A stretch of 33,565 nt of DNA from an uncultured Ktedonobacteraceae bacterium. Its GTDB lineage: Bacteria; Chloroflexota; Ktedonobacteria; Ktedonobacterales; Ktedonobacteraceae. Shown here piece by piece: positions 25,500-33,421 of this stretch. A program made the position numbers and the translations under genes. The stretch is from contig CATPCK010000675.1 of the NCBI GenBank assembly GCA_955652655.1, positions 1 to 33,565 of the forward strand, written 5' to 3'. Each line of letters opens with the position of its first letter. The stretch's first letter is position 1. The notes below the pieces were generated by a model, which saw only the letters and a list, made by a program, of their open reading frames with translations, ran no database searches and was not told the origin of the DNA.

Positions 25500-26864
25500 C
25501 TATTGCCAGGTCACGCGCTCTAACAGGTACATCGGCAGTTCATCGATAGTGATTCGTACCTGCGTCATACGGTCGCGCTCGCGCACCGTCACGGTTCCAT
25601 CGTCGAGGGTCTGGAAATCGACTGTGACACAATAGGGCGTGCCGATCTCATCCTGGCGGCGATAGCGGCGCCCGATATTGGCCACGTCGTCATACTGGGT
25701 TACCATCAGTCGCCGCAGAGTCTTATGAATATCCCTGGCAGCTGTCACCAACTCTTCTTTATTCTTTTGCAGCGGCAACACGGCCACTTTGACCGGCGCG
25801 AGCATTGGATGCAGGCGCAGCACCGTGCGGGGCTCCTTCCCTGTTGGATCTGGCTCTTCTTCGTAGGCATCGAGCAGCAGATTTAGGAATGTGCGGTCGA
25901 CCCCACCCGAGGTCTCAACGATCCAGGGTATATAGCGTTCCCTGGTATTCTGATCGGTATAGCTCAAATCCTGGCCGCTATACTCGCTGTGGCGAGAGAG
26001 GTCCCAGTCCCCGCGCCAGTGAATACCTTCCCACTCCTGCCAGCCGAGAATCGTCTGGTATTCGATGTCAAAGGCCTTTTTGGCGTAGTGAGCCAGTTCA
26101 TCGGGACCATGCTCGCGGAAGTGCAAGCGCTCCTTGTGGTTGATAATCCCCTCGTACCACTCGAAGCGTTTTCCCTTCCAGTAGTCAAACCATTGCTGCA
26201 TCTCACTGGGGTGGACGAAGAATTGCAGGTCCCACTGCTCAAACTCACGCTGGCGGAACAGGAAGTTACCAGGAGTGACCTCGTTACGGAAGGCCTTACC
26301 GATCTGGCAGATACCAAACGGAATCTGCATACGCGTGGACTTGACGACGTTGTCAAAGTCGAGGTAGATGTTCTGGCAGGCTTCACCACGCAGGTAGGTC
26401 TTCATGCGCTCACCCTCGACGACACCGAGATAGGTTTCCATCAAGAGGTTAAACCTGCGCGGCTCTGTGAGTTCACCGCCACAATTAGGGCACTTGTTCT
26501 GTATGATATTTTCTTCTGGCAGATGATCGATGCGGAACCGCCGCTTGCAGTTCTTACAGTCCACCAGGCGATCTACAAAGTTTTCTACGTGCCCGCTGGC
26601 CTCCCATACTCTTGGATGTGTAATAATCGCGCCTTCGATCCCTACCACATTGTCGTGCATCTGCACCATTGACCACCACCAGTAGCGGCGAATGTTGTTG
26701 CGTAGTTCGACCCCAAGTGGGCCAAAGTCATAGATGCCAGAGACGCCCCCATAGATCTCAGAGTTGGGGTAGACAAAACCGCGCCTCTTGCAGAGCGCGA
26801 CGATCTTCTCGATTGGCACAAAAGGCGTGTCATTGACGGCTGGTTTGTTCTCAACTTGTGTCAT
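25500..26864 (-). CDS. glyQS: Glycine--tRNA ligase (single-chain class II GlyQS type)
   Basis: RRGFVYPNSEIYGG..G.YDFGPLGVELRNNI, FRNEVTPGNFLFRQREFEQ (motif 2 region), and a C-terminal anticodon-binding domain. 454 aa. ATG follows AGGAGG. Confidence 0.96.
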   Translation of the reverse strand: MTQVENKPAVNDTPFVPIEKIVALCKRRGFVYPNSEIYGGVSGIYDFGPLGVELRNNIRRYWWWSMVQMHDNVVGIEGAIITHPRVWEASGHVENFVDRLVDCKNCKRRFRIDHLPEENIIQNKCPNCGGELTEPRRFNLLMETYLGVVEGERMKTYLRGEACQNIYLDFDNVVKSTRMQIPFGICQIGKAFRNEVTPGNFLFRQREFEQWDLQFFVHPSEMQQWFDYWKGKRFEWYEGIINHKERLHFREHGPDELAHYAKKAFDIEYQTILGWQEWEGIHWRGDWDLSRHSEYSGQDLSYTDQNTRERYIPWIVETSGGVDRTFLNLLLDAYEEEPDPTGKEPRTVLRLHPMLAPVKVAVLPLQKNKEELVTAARDIHKTLRRLMVTQYDDVANIGRRYRRQDEIGTPYCVTVDFQTLDDGTVTVRERDRMTQVRITIDELPMYLLERVTWQ

Positions 26865-26881
26865 AATGAGTGATCCTCCTC

Positions 26882-27155
26882 AAAAAAATGCCCCAGGCGT
26901 CACATTCATTGGTTGCAATGACGCCCAGGGACGAATATATGCCTGCGTAGGCCCGGGGCTACTACGTCTTACAGCATAATGCGCGGTTCCACCCTGCTTC
27001 TTCACATTCAATCTGTGAAGCCACTCATTAAGTCCAACTCCGAAGCGCCCTTCACCTTTTGCGGATTGCCGACCTCACACCGTCTATCGGCTCGCTGATA
27101 TCCCCTCCGGGTTACTCCTCTTCATCATCGCTGGAGAATATGTATTATTCAGGTT
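26882..27155 (-). ncRNA. Glycine-specific T-box riboswitch leader of glyQS
   Basis: Read on the minus strand. Stem I base is GCGAUGAUGAAGAGGAGUAAC (K-turn/GA motif plus AGUA). Then an AGCGA bulge and a GCCGA/UCGGC distal helix with a GGUGUGA loop. The specifier loop is GAAGGGCG, with GGC at 27047..27049. The T-box motif is AAGCAGGGUGGAACCGCGC (26981..26999), with a UGGA bulge that fits discriminator U73 of tRNA-Gly. The terminator hairpin (26891..26930) has a 12-bp stem including 2 G-U pairs and is followed by UUUUUUU (26882..26888), just upstream of the AGGAGG RBS. Confidence 0.85.
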
Positions 27156-27161
27156 TGTAGG

Positions 27162-27190
27162 ATTATAGCGTCGATTGACGCTAATGTCAA
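27162..27190 (-). promoter_or_regulatory. Consensus sigma-70-type promoter driving the T-box/glyQS transcript
   Basis: On the minus strand: TTGACA (27190..27185), an exact 17-nt spacer, and TATAAT (27167..27162). Confidence 0.75.
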
Positions 27191-27291
27191 GGGAGCGTAT
27201 TCACTTCTTTATAAAAGAAAACTATCATCAAAACACGTAAGATGTTATACTAACATAAGAGTAAACTTAGCTCATGCCAGGAGGTATAATC

Positions 27292-27603
27292 GTGGCTTAC
27301 CAAATGACGATAAACTTGACAGATCAGGAATATGCAGCGCTCATCGCAGAAGCAAAAAAGAGCGGGAAGCAACCAGAAGCCCTTCTGCGCGAAATCATGT
27401 TGCAACGACTACAGCCATCTCCCCATTTAAAACGTCCATTAACAAGTCACGAGTTGATGGAAAAGCAATATCGTGAAGGAAAAATCCTTAATATCCCTGC
27501 CCGACGGCCACTGACCCGAAAGGAACAAGCCGAACGTGAACGTCTGGCCCGGTTGTTCTCCGGTGGTAAACCTGCCTCTGAGATGGCTATTGAGGACAGG
27601 TGA
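27292..27603 (+). CDS. Type II antitoxin, ribbon-helix-helix-like (VapB-like)
   Basis: Small ORF whose stop (TGA at 27601..27603) abuts the PIN gene. The N-terminus MTINLTDQEYAALIAEAKKSGKQPEALLREIM has an RHH-like strand-helix-helix pattern. The probable start is the GTG at 27292, 7 nt after AGGAGG (27279..27284); the track ORF starts at the ATG at 27274. Confidence 0.7.
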   Translation: MAYQMTINLTDQEYAALIAEAKKSGKQPEALLREIMLQRLQPSPHLKRPLTSHELMEKQYREGKILNIPARRPLTRKEQAERERLARLFSGGKPASEMAIEDR

Positions 27604-27611
27604 CCATACTA

Positions 27612-28076
27612 ATGGCAACCTTCTTCCTGGACACTTCAGCTATTATCAAACGTTATTTCCCAGAGCAGTGGCATAATTGGTTAATAACCCTCTGTGACCC
27701 AGTTCAAGGGCATGAACTCTACATCTCGCAGGTTGCTTTGGTAGAGGTGGTGGCAACAATATGTCGTAAAGCACGTGAGCAAAATATCTCTATTACCGAG
27801 CGTGATAGACTTATTGCAGAATTTAGACAGGACAGCCAGGACGACTACATCATGTGGCTTGTCACAGGTCCTATGTATACCTCCGCAGGTGACTTGTGCC
27901 GCTCGCACAGATTGCGTGCGTATGATGCAGTACAGCTAGCTTGCGCGCTCGGCGTTCGTAACGATAGTACATTGAATCAAGCTCCTGAACCCATCTTTAT
28001 CAGTGCAGATACTAATCTCCTCGAAATTGCTATTGCTGAGGGTTTCAGTATTGATAATCCAAATTCATATCCATAA
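27612..28076 (+). CDS. vapC: PIN-domain ribonuclease toxin (VapC-like)
   Basis: FFLDTSAIIK (first acidic residue), LVEV, RAYDAVQLACAL and ISADTNL correspond to the PIN catalytic acidic residues. The start is either the ATG at 27612 or the GTG at 27600, which overlaps the antitoxin stop. Confidence 0.8.
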   Translation: MATFFLDTSAIIKRYFPEQWHNWLITLCDPVQGHELYISQVALVEVVATICRKAREQNISITERDRLIAEFRQDSQDDYIMWLVTGPMYTSAGDLCRSHRLRAYDAVQLACALGVRNDSTLNQAPEPIFISADTNLLEIAIAEGFSIDNPNSYP

Positions 28077-28140
28077 GTAAAGGTGCCAAACCCCGTTTCT
28101 TACCTACTATCAATAGAGATTCTCCAACTTTCACAGCCAT

Positions 28141-28938
28141 CTATTGCAGAATCAAATCTCTGCGACCCAACCAGTATTCTCCCAGTCTCGTCAATCCCAA
28201 GACATACACCAGTACTATTAGTAGTGCCACGAGACCAGTCCAATCTAAACTGCCCGCAGCCCCAAAGTTAAAACACATTGTCATGGGTATCAAAGGCAAA
28301 CGTGAGATGCTGAGGAATGAGGCCACCGGGCCGGGGCTGGTATTCGAGTAGAGTACAGCTGCAAACCACGCCAGTAAAGCGATACGCGCTATACGCGTGG
28401 CGATAGGAGTAGAGAATACTACGACGAGCGTTGAAATTACAATGCAGTTCGCCAACAATCCCACCGATCCGGCCAGCATATTCCCCACGGTTGCGCCCTG
28501 GATACCCCACGAGGGCGCATGTGTGTGGTACCCCATCCCCAGAATCATCATCATCAAGTAGAGCGGTATGCGCAGCACGCCTGTGGCTATCACAAGCCCA
28601 CGAATATAGGCGGAACGGGAGGTCAGTCGCGACAATGGAAGATAGACACGGGCACTCATCGCGCGCTGTACCATCACAATCGTGCCAAGTATGGCCAGGG
28701 CACTGAGCCCCTGTCCCGCAGTGCCAAAGAAGTAGGCAACATTGCCACCAAATTCGAGGAAGAACGCAGCGTACAACAGCCACACAATAGCGATATCTCC
28801 CAAAATCCAGCCACTGCGTATGTAGCTTACCAGTGTGAAGCGAGCTACTACCAGGGAAGGTAAACGCCAGAACTCTTTGAGGGCATGGGACATATTCAAC
28901 GCAGATACGGGCTGCGTCTCAAAACTTTTCATGCTCAT
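28141..28938 (-). CDS. ABC-2-type transporter permease
   Basis: 265-aa polytopic membrane protein with about 6 hydrophobic helices. Its start overlaps the stop of the upstream ABC ATPase by 4 nt (ATGA). Substrate unknown. Confidence 0.75.
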   Translation of the reverse strand: MSMKSFETQPVSALNMSHALKEFWRLPSLVVARFTLVSYIRSGWILGDIAIVWLLYAAFFLEFGGNVAYFFGTAGQGLSALAILGTIVMVQRAMSARVYLPLSRLTSRSAYIRGLVIATGVLRIPLYLMMMILGMGYHTHAPSWGIQGATVGNMLAGSVGLLANCIVISTLVVVFSTPIATRIARIALLAWFAAVLYSNTSPGPVASFLSISRLPLIPMTMCFNFGAAGSLDWTGLVALLIVLVYVLGLTRLGEYWLGRRDLILQ

Positions 28939-29885
28939 GGCTTGCCTCCATGTCCACGCGTACCGGTAAAGAGAACTGAAGACGTATCATCAGCAGCCCG
29001 TGTGGTTTGCACATACACATCCTCAAGCGTCCTGCTCAAAGGCTTGAGTGAAGCTATGCCAATCCCAGCCTCAACAAGTTTGGCAAGTACAGCAGCTTGT
29101 ACTTTACCAGCGATACGCAGCATATCACCCTGCGCCTCAATCACCTGCTCGGCCATCCCCAGGCGCGTTACTACCTCGTTAGCAGACTGGTCATGGGCAA
29201 GCACAATCTCGACCACGTCCTGTAAGTGTAAAAGATCTTCAACGGTACCACTCAAAATGAGCTCTCCCCGTCGCAAGATTCCTACCGCATTACAAAGCGC
29301 CTCCACCTCTGCCAGGTAGTGTGAACATAACAGCACCGTCTTGCCCTGTTTGCGTAGAGCCGCGACAATTTGCCGTATCTCCCACTGGCTCCGCGGGTCA
29401 AGCCCACTGGTCGGCTCATCTAGAATCAAAAGCTCCGGATCGGTCATCAGCGCCTGCGCAATCGCCAGGCGCTGGAGCATTCCCTTGGAGTACGTTCCAA
29501 TTGGACGGTTCGCGGCCTCTTGCAGGTTCACCTGTTCGAGCACGTGGCTGACGCGCGTACTATTCGTCGCACCCCAGAGACCAGCCAGTTTACCAAGATA
29601 GTCGAGGTAACGGCGGCCCGTAAAGCGCGTCTCAAAAATAGGGCGTTCATGGGCATAGCCAATGCGGTCGTGTGCGCGGGAAACACGTTCTTCGCCTAAC
29701 ACGCGCATCTGACCAGAGGTAGGAAAGATGAATCCCATGAGTAGACGAACTAGCGTGGACTTACCCGCGCCATTCTCACCAAGCAGCCCAAAGGATGCAC
29801 CTTCTTCGATAGTAAGCGTGAGATTGTCGAGCGCGATATGTTTGCCGTAAGCCTTGGTGAGTTCGTTACATTCGATTACGGGCAT
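28935..29885 (-). CDS. ABC transporter ATP-binding protein (ABC-2 / DrrA-like subfamily)
   Basis: Walker A GENGAGKST, Q-loop, signature variant YSKGMLQRLAIAQAL, Walker B LLILDEPTSGLD, H-loop CSHYL, plus a C-terminal accessory domain. ATG follows GAGGAG. Confidence 0.92.
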   Translation of the reverse strand: MPVIECNELTKAYGKHIALDNLTLTIEEGASFGLLGENGAGKSTLVRLLMGFIFPTSGQMRVLGEERVSRAHDRIGYAHERPIFETRFTGRRYLDYLGKLAGLWGATNSTRVSHVLEQVNLQEAANRPIGTYSKGMLQRLAIAQALMTDPELLILDEPTSGLDPRSQWEIRQIVAALRKQGKTVLLCSHYLAEVEALCNAVGILRRGELILSGTVEDLLHLQDVVEIVLAHDQSANEVVTRLGMAEQVIEAQGDMLRIAGKVQAAVLAKLVEAGIGIASLKPLSRTLEDVYVQTTRAADDTSSVLFTGTRGHGGKP

Positions 29886-30116
29886 GGCATTGAGGTCTCC
29901 TCTTTTGCAGAGGTGAGAGAAACATTATTCGATAGCATATGCTTACCCCCTTAGTTTAACCCTTATCAGGGTACAAAACAAGAATTTGGGCCAGATGTCA
30001 GGGTAGATGTATTGATGTGCCTCATACCGAAGTATCGCCCGGTTAGTAGAAACAATCCCTTCTATGGTAGAATGAAATTGAGGCATAACTGCGACACGAC
30101 AAATGAGGAACAAAGA

Positions 30117-31301
30117 GTGAGCATTACTCTTAACAATCAGTCCGTTTCAACCCGGGACGAAGACCCCAGCCGTTTAATCAACGCACTACGGTCGTGGGGT
30201 ATCGGTTATTTAATAGATTCAGGTAACGTTAATATCTCTAAAAAGGCAGCTAAACGGATGCCTGCTATCGAGCTTGTAAAACGCCTGGCGCAATGTAAAT
30301 ACCCACGAGTGCGGGATGCAAGTATTTCACTCTTCCTCCTACATCCTGAACAAGCTGATGCTGCATTAGAAGCATACCAAACGAGTGAACCAGCAATAGC
30401 TGAGCAAATTGCAGTTTCAATATTAGCTTCCCTTTACCTTCAGAGATTGTGGTCGTTCCAATTAACGTTGGTACTTGGACATACACCTTCATTTCCTGAA
30501 GAGCGATTCTTGCATTTGTGGCAAAGCCGAAACTTACCTGCGCCGACATGCCATCAAGGAGAAGCGGGATTGATCGCCTTACAAGAGGCAGAGCAGCGCC
30601 GCCTGGGCCTACCCTTGAATTTTAGCGGCGATTGGCAAAATCAAATTGATCACCTTCTGCTCCAGGAAGAAGCTAAACATCACCTGGCAGCAGTCCCCAT
30701 CCAATTGCCTGAACCACGGCACAAAAAGATTGATAAACAGGAGTGTAGTGCGATGAGTATGCGACACAATGTCACAAAGGCAGATATCGAGAAGTTCTTA
30801 GACGCTTTGGGGAAGTCATTTCACAAACCTGGTCGCTTATACCTGGCAGGCGGCGCGGCTCTCGTTCACATTGGGTTGCGATCTGGTTTTACTATGGATA
30901 TTGACGTGGCAATAGAGGCTTCGGACGAAGATGAAATGGTGACAGCCATACGAAGGTTAGTAGAAAAGATGCAAATTAATGTCGAATTTGCCTCACCTGG
31001 GGATTTTATCCCGCTGCCTACTCAGTGGATGGCACAAGCAAGATATGTTGGACGATATGGTAGCATTGATGTCTTCTATTTTGATTTTTATAGCCTCGCT
31101 TTGAGTAAAATATCACGAGGAAATGATCGCGACCTCATCGACGTTCAACTACTCTTCCAAAAGAAGCTCATTACATTGGAAGAGTTGGATGCTGCCTACA
31201 ATGAAGTGCTACCCCGTATGGGCAAACGGCCCTATATCAATCTCAATCCTCAACGATTTGCGGAGCGCTATGCTCTGATACGCCAGAAACTCAAGGAGTA
31301 A
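30117..31301 (+). CDS. Uncharacterised two-domain protein: unknown helical N-terminal region + C-terminal minimal nucleotidyltransferase-fold domain (DUF6036-like)
   Basis: The C-terminal ~170 aa carry the pattern LAGGAALVHIGLRSGFTMDIDVAI (hGG, then ~14 residues, then DxD), followed by DVFYFD, ALSKISRGNDRDLIDVQLL. This is typical of small NTase-fold (MNT/DUF6036-type) domains. The N-terminal ~220 aa are unrecognised. The start is uncertain: the GTG at 30117 follows GAGGAA with 6-nt spacing, and the track ORF begins at 30012. Confidence 0.6.
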   Translation: MSITLNNQSVSTRDEDPSRLINALRSWGIGYLIDSGNVNISKKAAKRMPAIELVKRLAQCKYPRVRDASISLFLLHPEQADAALEAYQTSEPAIAEQIAVSILASLYLQRLWSFQLTLVLGHTPSFPEERFLHLWQSRNLPAPTCHQGEAGLIALQEAEQRRLGLPLNFSGDWQNQIDHLLLQEEAKHHLAAVPIQLPEPRHKKIDKQECSAMSMRHNVTKADIEKFLDALGKSFHKPGRLYLAGGAALVHIGLRSGFTMDIDVAIEASDEDEMVTAIRRLVEKMQINVEFASPGDFIPLPTQWMAQARYVGRYGSIDVFYFDFYSLALSKISRGNDRDLIDVQLLFQKKLITLEELDAAYNEVLPRMGKRPYINLNPQRFAERYALIRQKLKE

Positions 31302-31806
31302 GCCGGAACCCCTTCAAACACATCTTTATTTGCTCCACGTGGCTGTTCAAATGCCCTGTTACGAACTCCTCCATGAACCATTCCAGCGACTGCTCGCCAA
31401 ATTTGACATGCCGGCCAGTTAACTCCAGGTCACTATCCTTCAATCTTCCCAACACATCTTCCAGGTGTGCGTAGCTCCCCGGCAAAGCTACTTTAATCTG
31501 TGCCAGGCTGTCTCGTCCGTGTTCGTTAACAGCTCGCATTCGCCCTTCATGCTGCATAGTCCGTCCAAAATTCTGTCCGGGCGCGGCGACTAACCTCTCA
31601 ATTTCACCGGCCCAATACGGCATAAATTCTATTATGTGAGACAGGTTTTGCATTATCGTCCACTCGTTCTCCGCTGGCGGCAGATACAGTTTCTCCGGGT
31701 TCAGTGCTGTCAATGGCCCGTCGATAAGCTGAACCAGTTCGGCATAAGAATCATGGACGCTCTGGCGAATTTTCTCCACTTTTGGATTGGTTGATGCTGT
31801 AGCCAT
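31291..31806 (-). CDS. DinB-family (DinB_2-like) four-helix-bundle protein
   Basis: 171 aa. Family-typical W..MQNLSHIIEF... and ...GHLNSHVEQI histidine-containing helices. The 3' end overlaps the convergent upstream gene by 11 nt. Confidence 0.7.
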   Translation of the reverse strand: MATASTNPKVEKIRQSVHDSYAELVQLIDGPLTALNPEKLYLPPAENEWTIMQNLSHIIEFMPYWAGEIERLVAAPGQNFGRTMQHEGRMRAVNEHGRDSLAQIKVALPGSYAHLEDVLGRLKDSDLELTGRHVKFGEQSLEWFMEEFVTGHLNSHVEQIKMCLKGFRLTP

Positions 31807-31926
31807 GGTATTGCCCCTTTACTTTATGGATGCTTTCCTCCATTATGATATAAGAATACGTAAAGCACAATGTGTCATGACCATAACCCCATGTAGGAGA
31901 TTACAGTTAATAAAGGAGCCCGTTGC

Positions 31927-32895
31927 ATGAACATTCCCACCTTCTCTGATGTGCTGCTCGCCAGGCGCCAGATCAGTCCGTATTTACGACGAACGCCCTT
32001 ATACAGCTATCCCGCGCTGAACGCTTTTATTGGCGCCGAAGTCCATATAAAACACGAAAACTACCAACCTGTCGGGGCTTTTAAAGTACGTGGCGGCATC
32101 AACCTGATCTCCCAGCTCAGTCCTGACGAGCGAGCACGTGGTGTAATTGCCGTCTCAACAGGAAATCATGGGCAGTCTGTTGCTTATGCTGCGCGATTAT
32201 TTGGGGTGAAGGCGCGCATCGTGGTTCCAGAGGGTGCTAATCCTGGCAAGGTGGCTGCCATGCAAGGAATGGGAGCCGAGGTCATTTTCCATGGTGCGAT
32301 CTATGATGATGCGCAACTACATTGCGAAGCACTGGTGCGGGAACATGGCTACCGTTATATCCACTCGGGTAACGAGCCCCTGCTTATTGCGGGAGTCGCA
32401 ACGGAGACATTAGAGATGTTGGAGGATGAACCCGGACTGGAGGTGATCATAGTTCCAATCGGCGGAGGCAGCGGCGCATCCGGTGCCTGCATCGTCGCTC
32501 ATACTCTCAATCCTTCTATGCGGGTGATCGGCGTTCAGGCGGAGGCATCGCCCGCGGCCTACGAGTCATGGCGGCAGCATCGATTAATAGAAACCACTAA
32601 CCGCACAATGGCTGAAGGGCTGGCAACGGGTCGAGCCTTTGAATTGCCCCAGGAGATCATGCGGCAAATGCTCCACGAGTTCATGCTTGTAAGTGAAGAG
32701 GAGATTATGCAGGCGATGGTCTGGCTGCTTGAGCGAGCCCATACGCTGGCCGAAGGCGCTGGAGCAGCCTCTCTGGCGGCGGCCTATCGCTTGCGTGATG
32801 AGTTACAGGGGAAGAAGGTGGGTATTGTCTGTTCCGGAGGCAACGCTTCGCTGGAGCAGTTGAAGAAGGTGCTGGCGTTTGCCTACCAGAAATAA
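31927..32895 (+). CDS. PLP-dependent threonine/serine dehydratase (threonine ammonia-lyase family, catabolic-size)
   Basis: HIKHENYQPVGAFKVRGG (PLP lysine), VSTGNHGQSVAYAA and the GGGSGASG glycine loop. 322 aa with no regulatory ACT-like C-terminal domain. Confidence 0.9.
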   Translation: MNIPTFSDVLLARRQISPYLRRTPLYSYPALNAFIGAEVHIKHENYQPVGAFKVRGGINLISQLSPDERARGVIAVSTGNHGQSVAYAARLFGVKARIVVPEGANPGKVAAMQGMGAEVIFHGAIYDDAQLHCEALVREHGYRYIHSGNEPLLIAGVATETLEMLEDEPGLEVIIVPIGGGSGASGACIVAHTLNPSMRVIGVQAEASPAAYESWRQHRLIETTNRTMAEGLATGRAFELPQEIMRQMLHEFMLVSEEEIMQAMVWLLERAHTLAEGAGAASLAAAYRLRDELQGKKVGIVCSGGNASLEQLKKVLAFAYQK

Positions 32896-33029
32896 TTCTG
32901 CTTTTAGCTCTAGCCCAAACGAAAAAATCTTTGCAAACTAACCAGCAAGTCCTCTTAGAGGAGTAATCTTCTTGTCTCATCACCAACCATTTCATTGACA
33001 GCACTCTGCTGTCATGCTCAGAAAAGGGC

Positions 33030-33054
33030 CTCCAACACGTCGAACGTGTTGGAG
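33030..33054 (-). terminator. Hairpin terminator for the minus-strand small-protein operon
   Basis: CTCCAACACGT at 33030..33040 pairs with ACGTGTTGGAG at 33044..33054 (11 bp, 3-nt loop). On the minus strand it is followed by GGCCCTTTTCT. It lies about 120 nt downstream of the stop at 33176. Confidence 0.55.
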
Positions 33055-33175
33055 ATAGCACATCGTATCACCAGCCAAGACTCCCTCTATTGCCTTCCCC
33101 TGAATCGGACCATCATACCCATGCTCGCTTCTCCTCTCTCCCTCTTGCTTGGTGCGCAGGAGGGAACTGAGCGCC

Positions 33176-33421
33176 TCACATCAGCACGTTATCTGCGTCT
33201 GGCTCAACGCGTTGCACCAAAAGCAGAGGCAGACCCAGGTCTCGCACTTTGTTGAGCACCCCATGCAGCGCTGTCTGGTCTGTGAGTGGACCGAAGAGCA
33301 TGGTTTCGCCATTGTTCCCCTGGACGATGGTCAATCCATCGAACCATGCAGACCAGTCACTATCAAGATGCCCCTTGACGATGATGCGGTACACTTCCTG
33401 TTGCAACGACTCGTGTGCCAT
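33176..33421 (-). CDS. Small conserved hypothetical protein (81 aa)
   Basis: ATG at 33419..33421 follows GAGGAGGAGGAG. The sequence is MAHESLQQEVYRIIVKGHLDSDWSAWFDGLTIV...GPLTDQTALHGVLNKVRDLGLPLLLV. It recalls a widespread small protein pattern (G.L.DQ.ALHG.L...RDLGL.LLSV) with no function known to me. Confidence 0.65.
   Translation of the reverse strand: MAHESLQQEVYRIIVKGHLDSDWSAWFDGLTIVQGNNGETMLFGPLTDQTALHGVLNKVRDLGLPLLLVQRVEPDADNVLM

Noticed and set aside
25306-25635. Two small ORFs on opposite strands, both beginning MPNGEGAC
   Set aside because: The identical N-termini are an artefact of translating the two arms of the perfect 24-bp inverted repeat at 25431..25489.
25989-26672. 227-aa plus-strand ORF (and other 100+ aa ORFs) inside glyQS
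   Set aside because: These are shadow ORFs opposite a strongly supported GlyRS frame, with no recognisable motifs.
27068-27070. GGC in GUCGGCAAUCC as the T-box specifier codon
   Set aside because: Comparison with the B. subtilis glyQS leader layout places this GGC inside the distal GCCGA/UCGGC helix of stem I. The specifier-loop equivalent (GAAGGCA in Bacillus) is GAAGGGCG at about 27044..27053.
32705-33255. ORFs of 118 aa (minus) and 86 aa (plus) in or near the 32896..33175 intergenic region
   Set aside because: The minus-strand ORF mostly overlaps the dehydratase 3' end antisense. The plus-strand ORF overlaps the small minus-strand gene and a terminator hairpin. Neither has an RBS or recognisable motifs.
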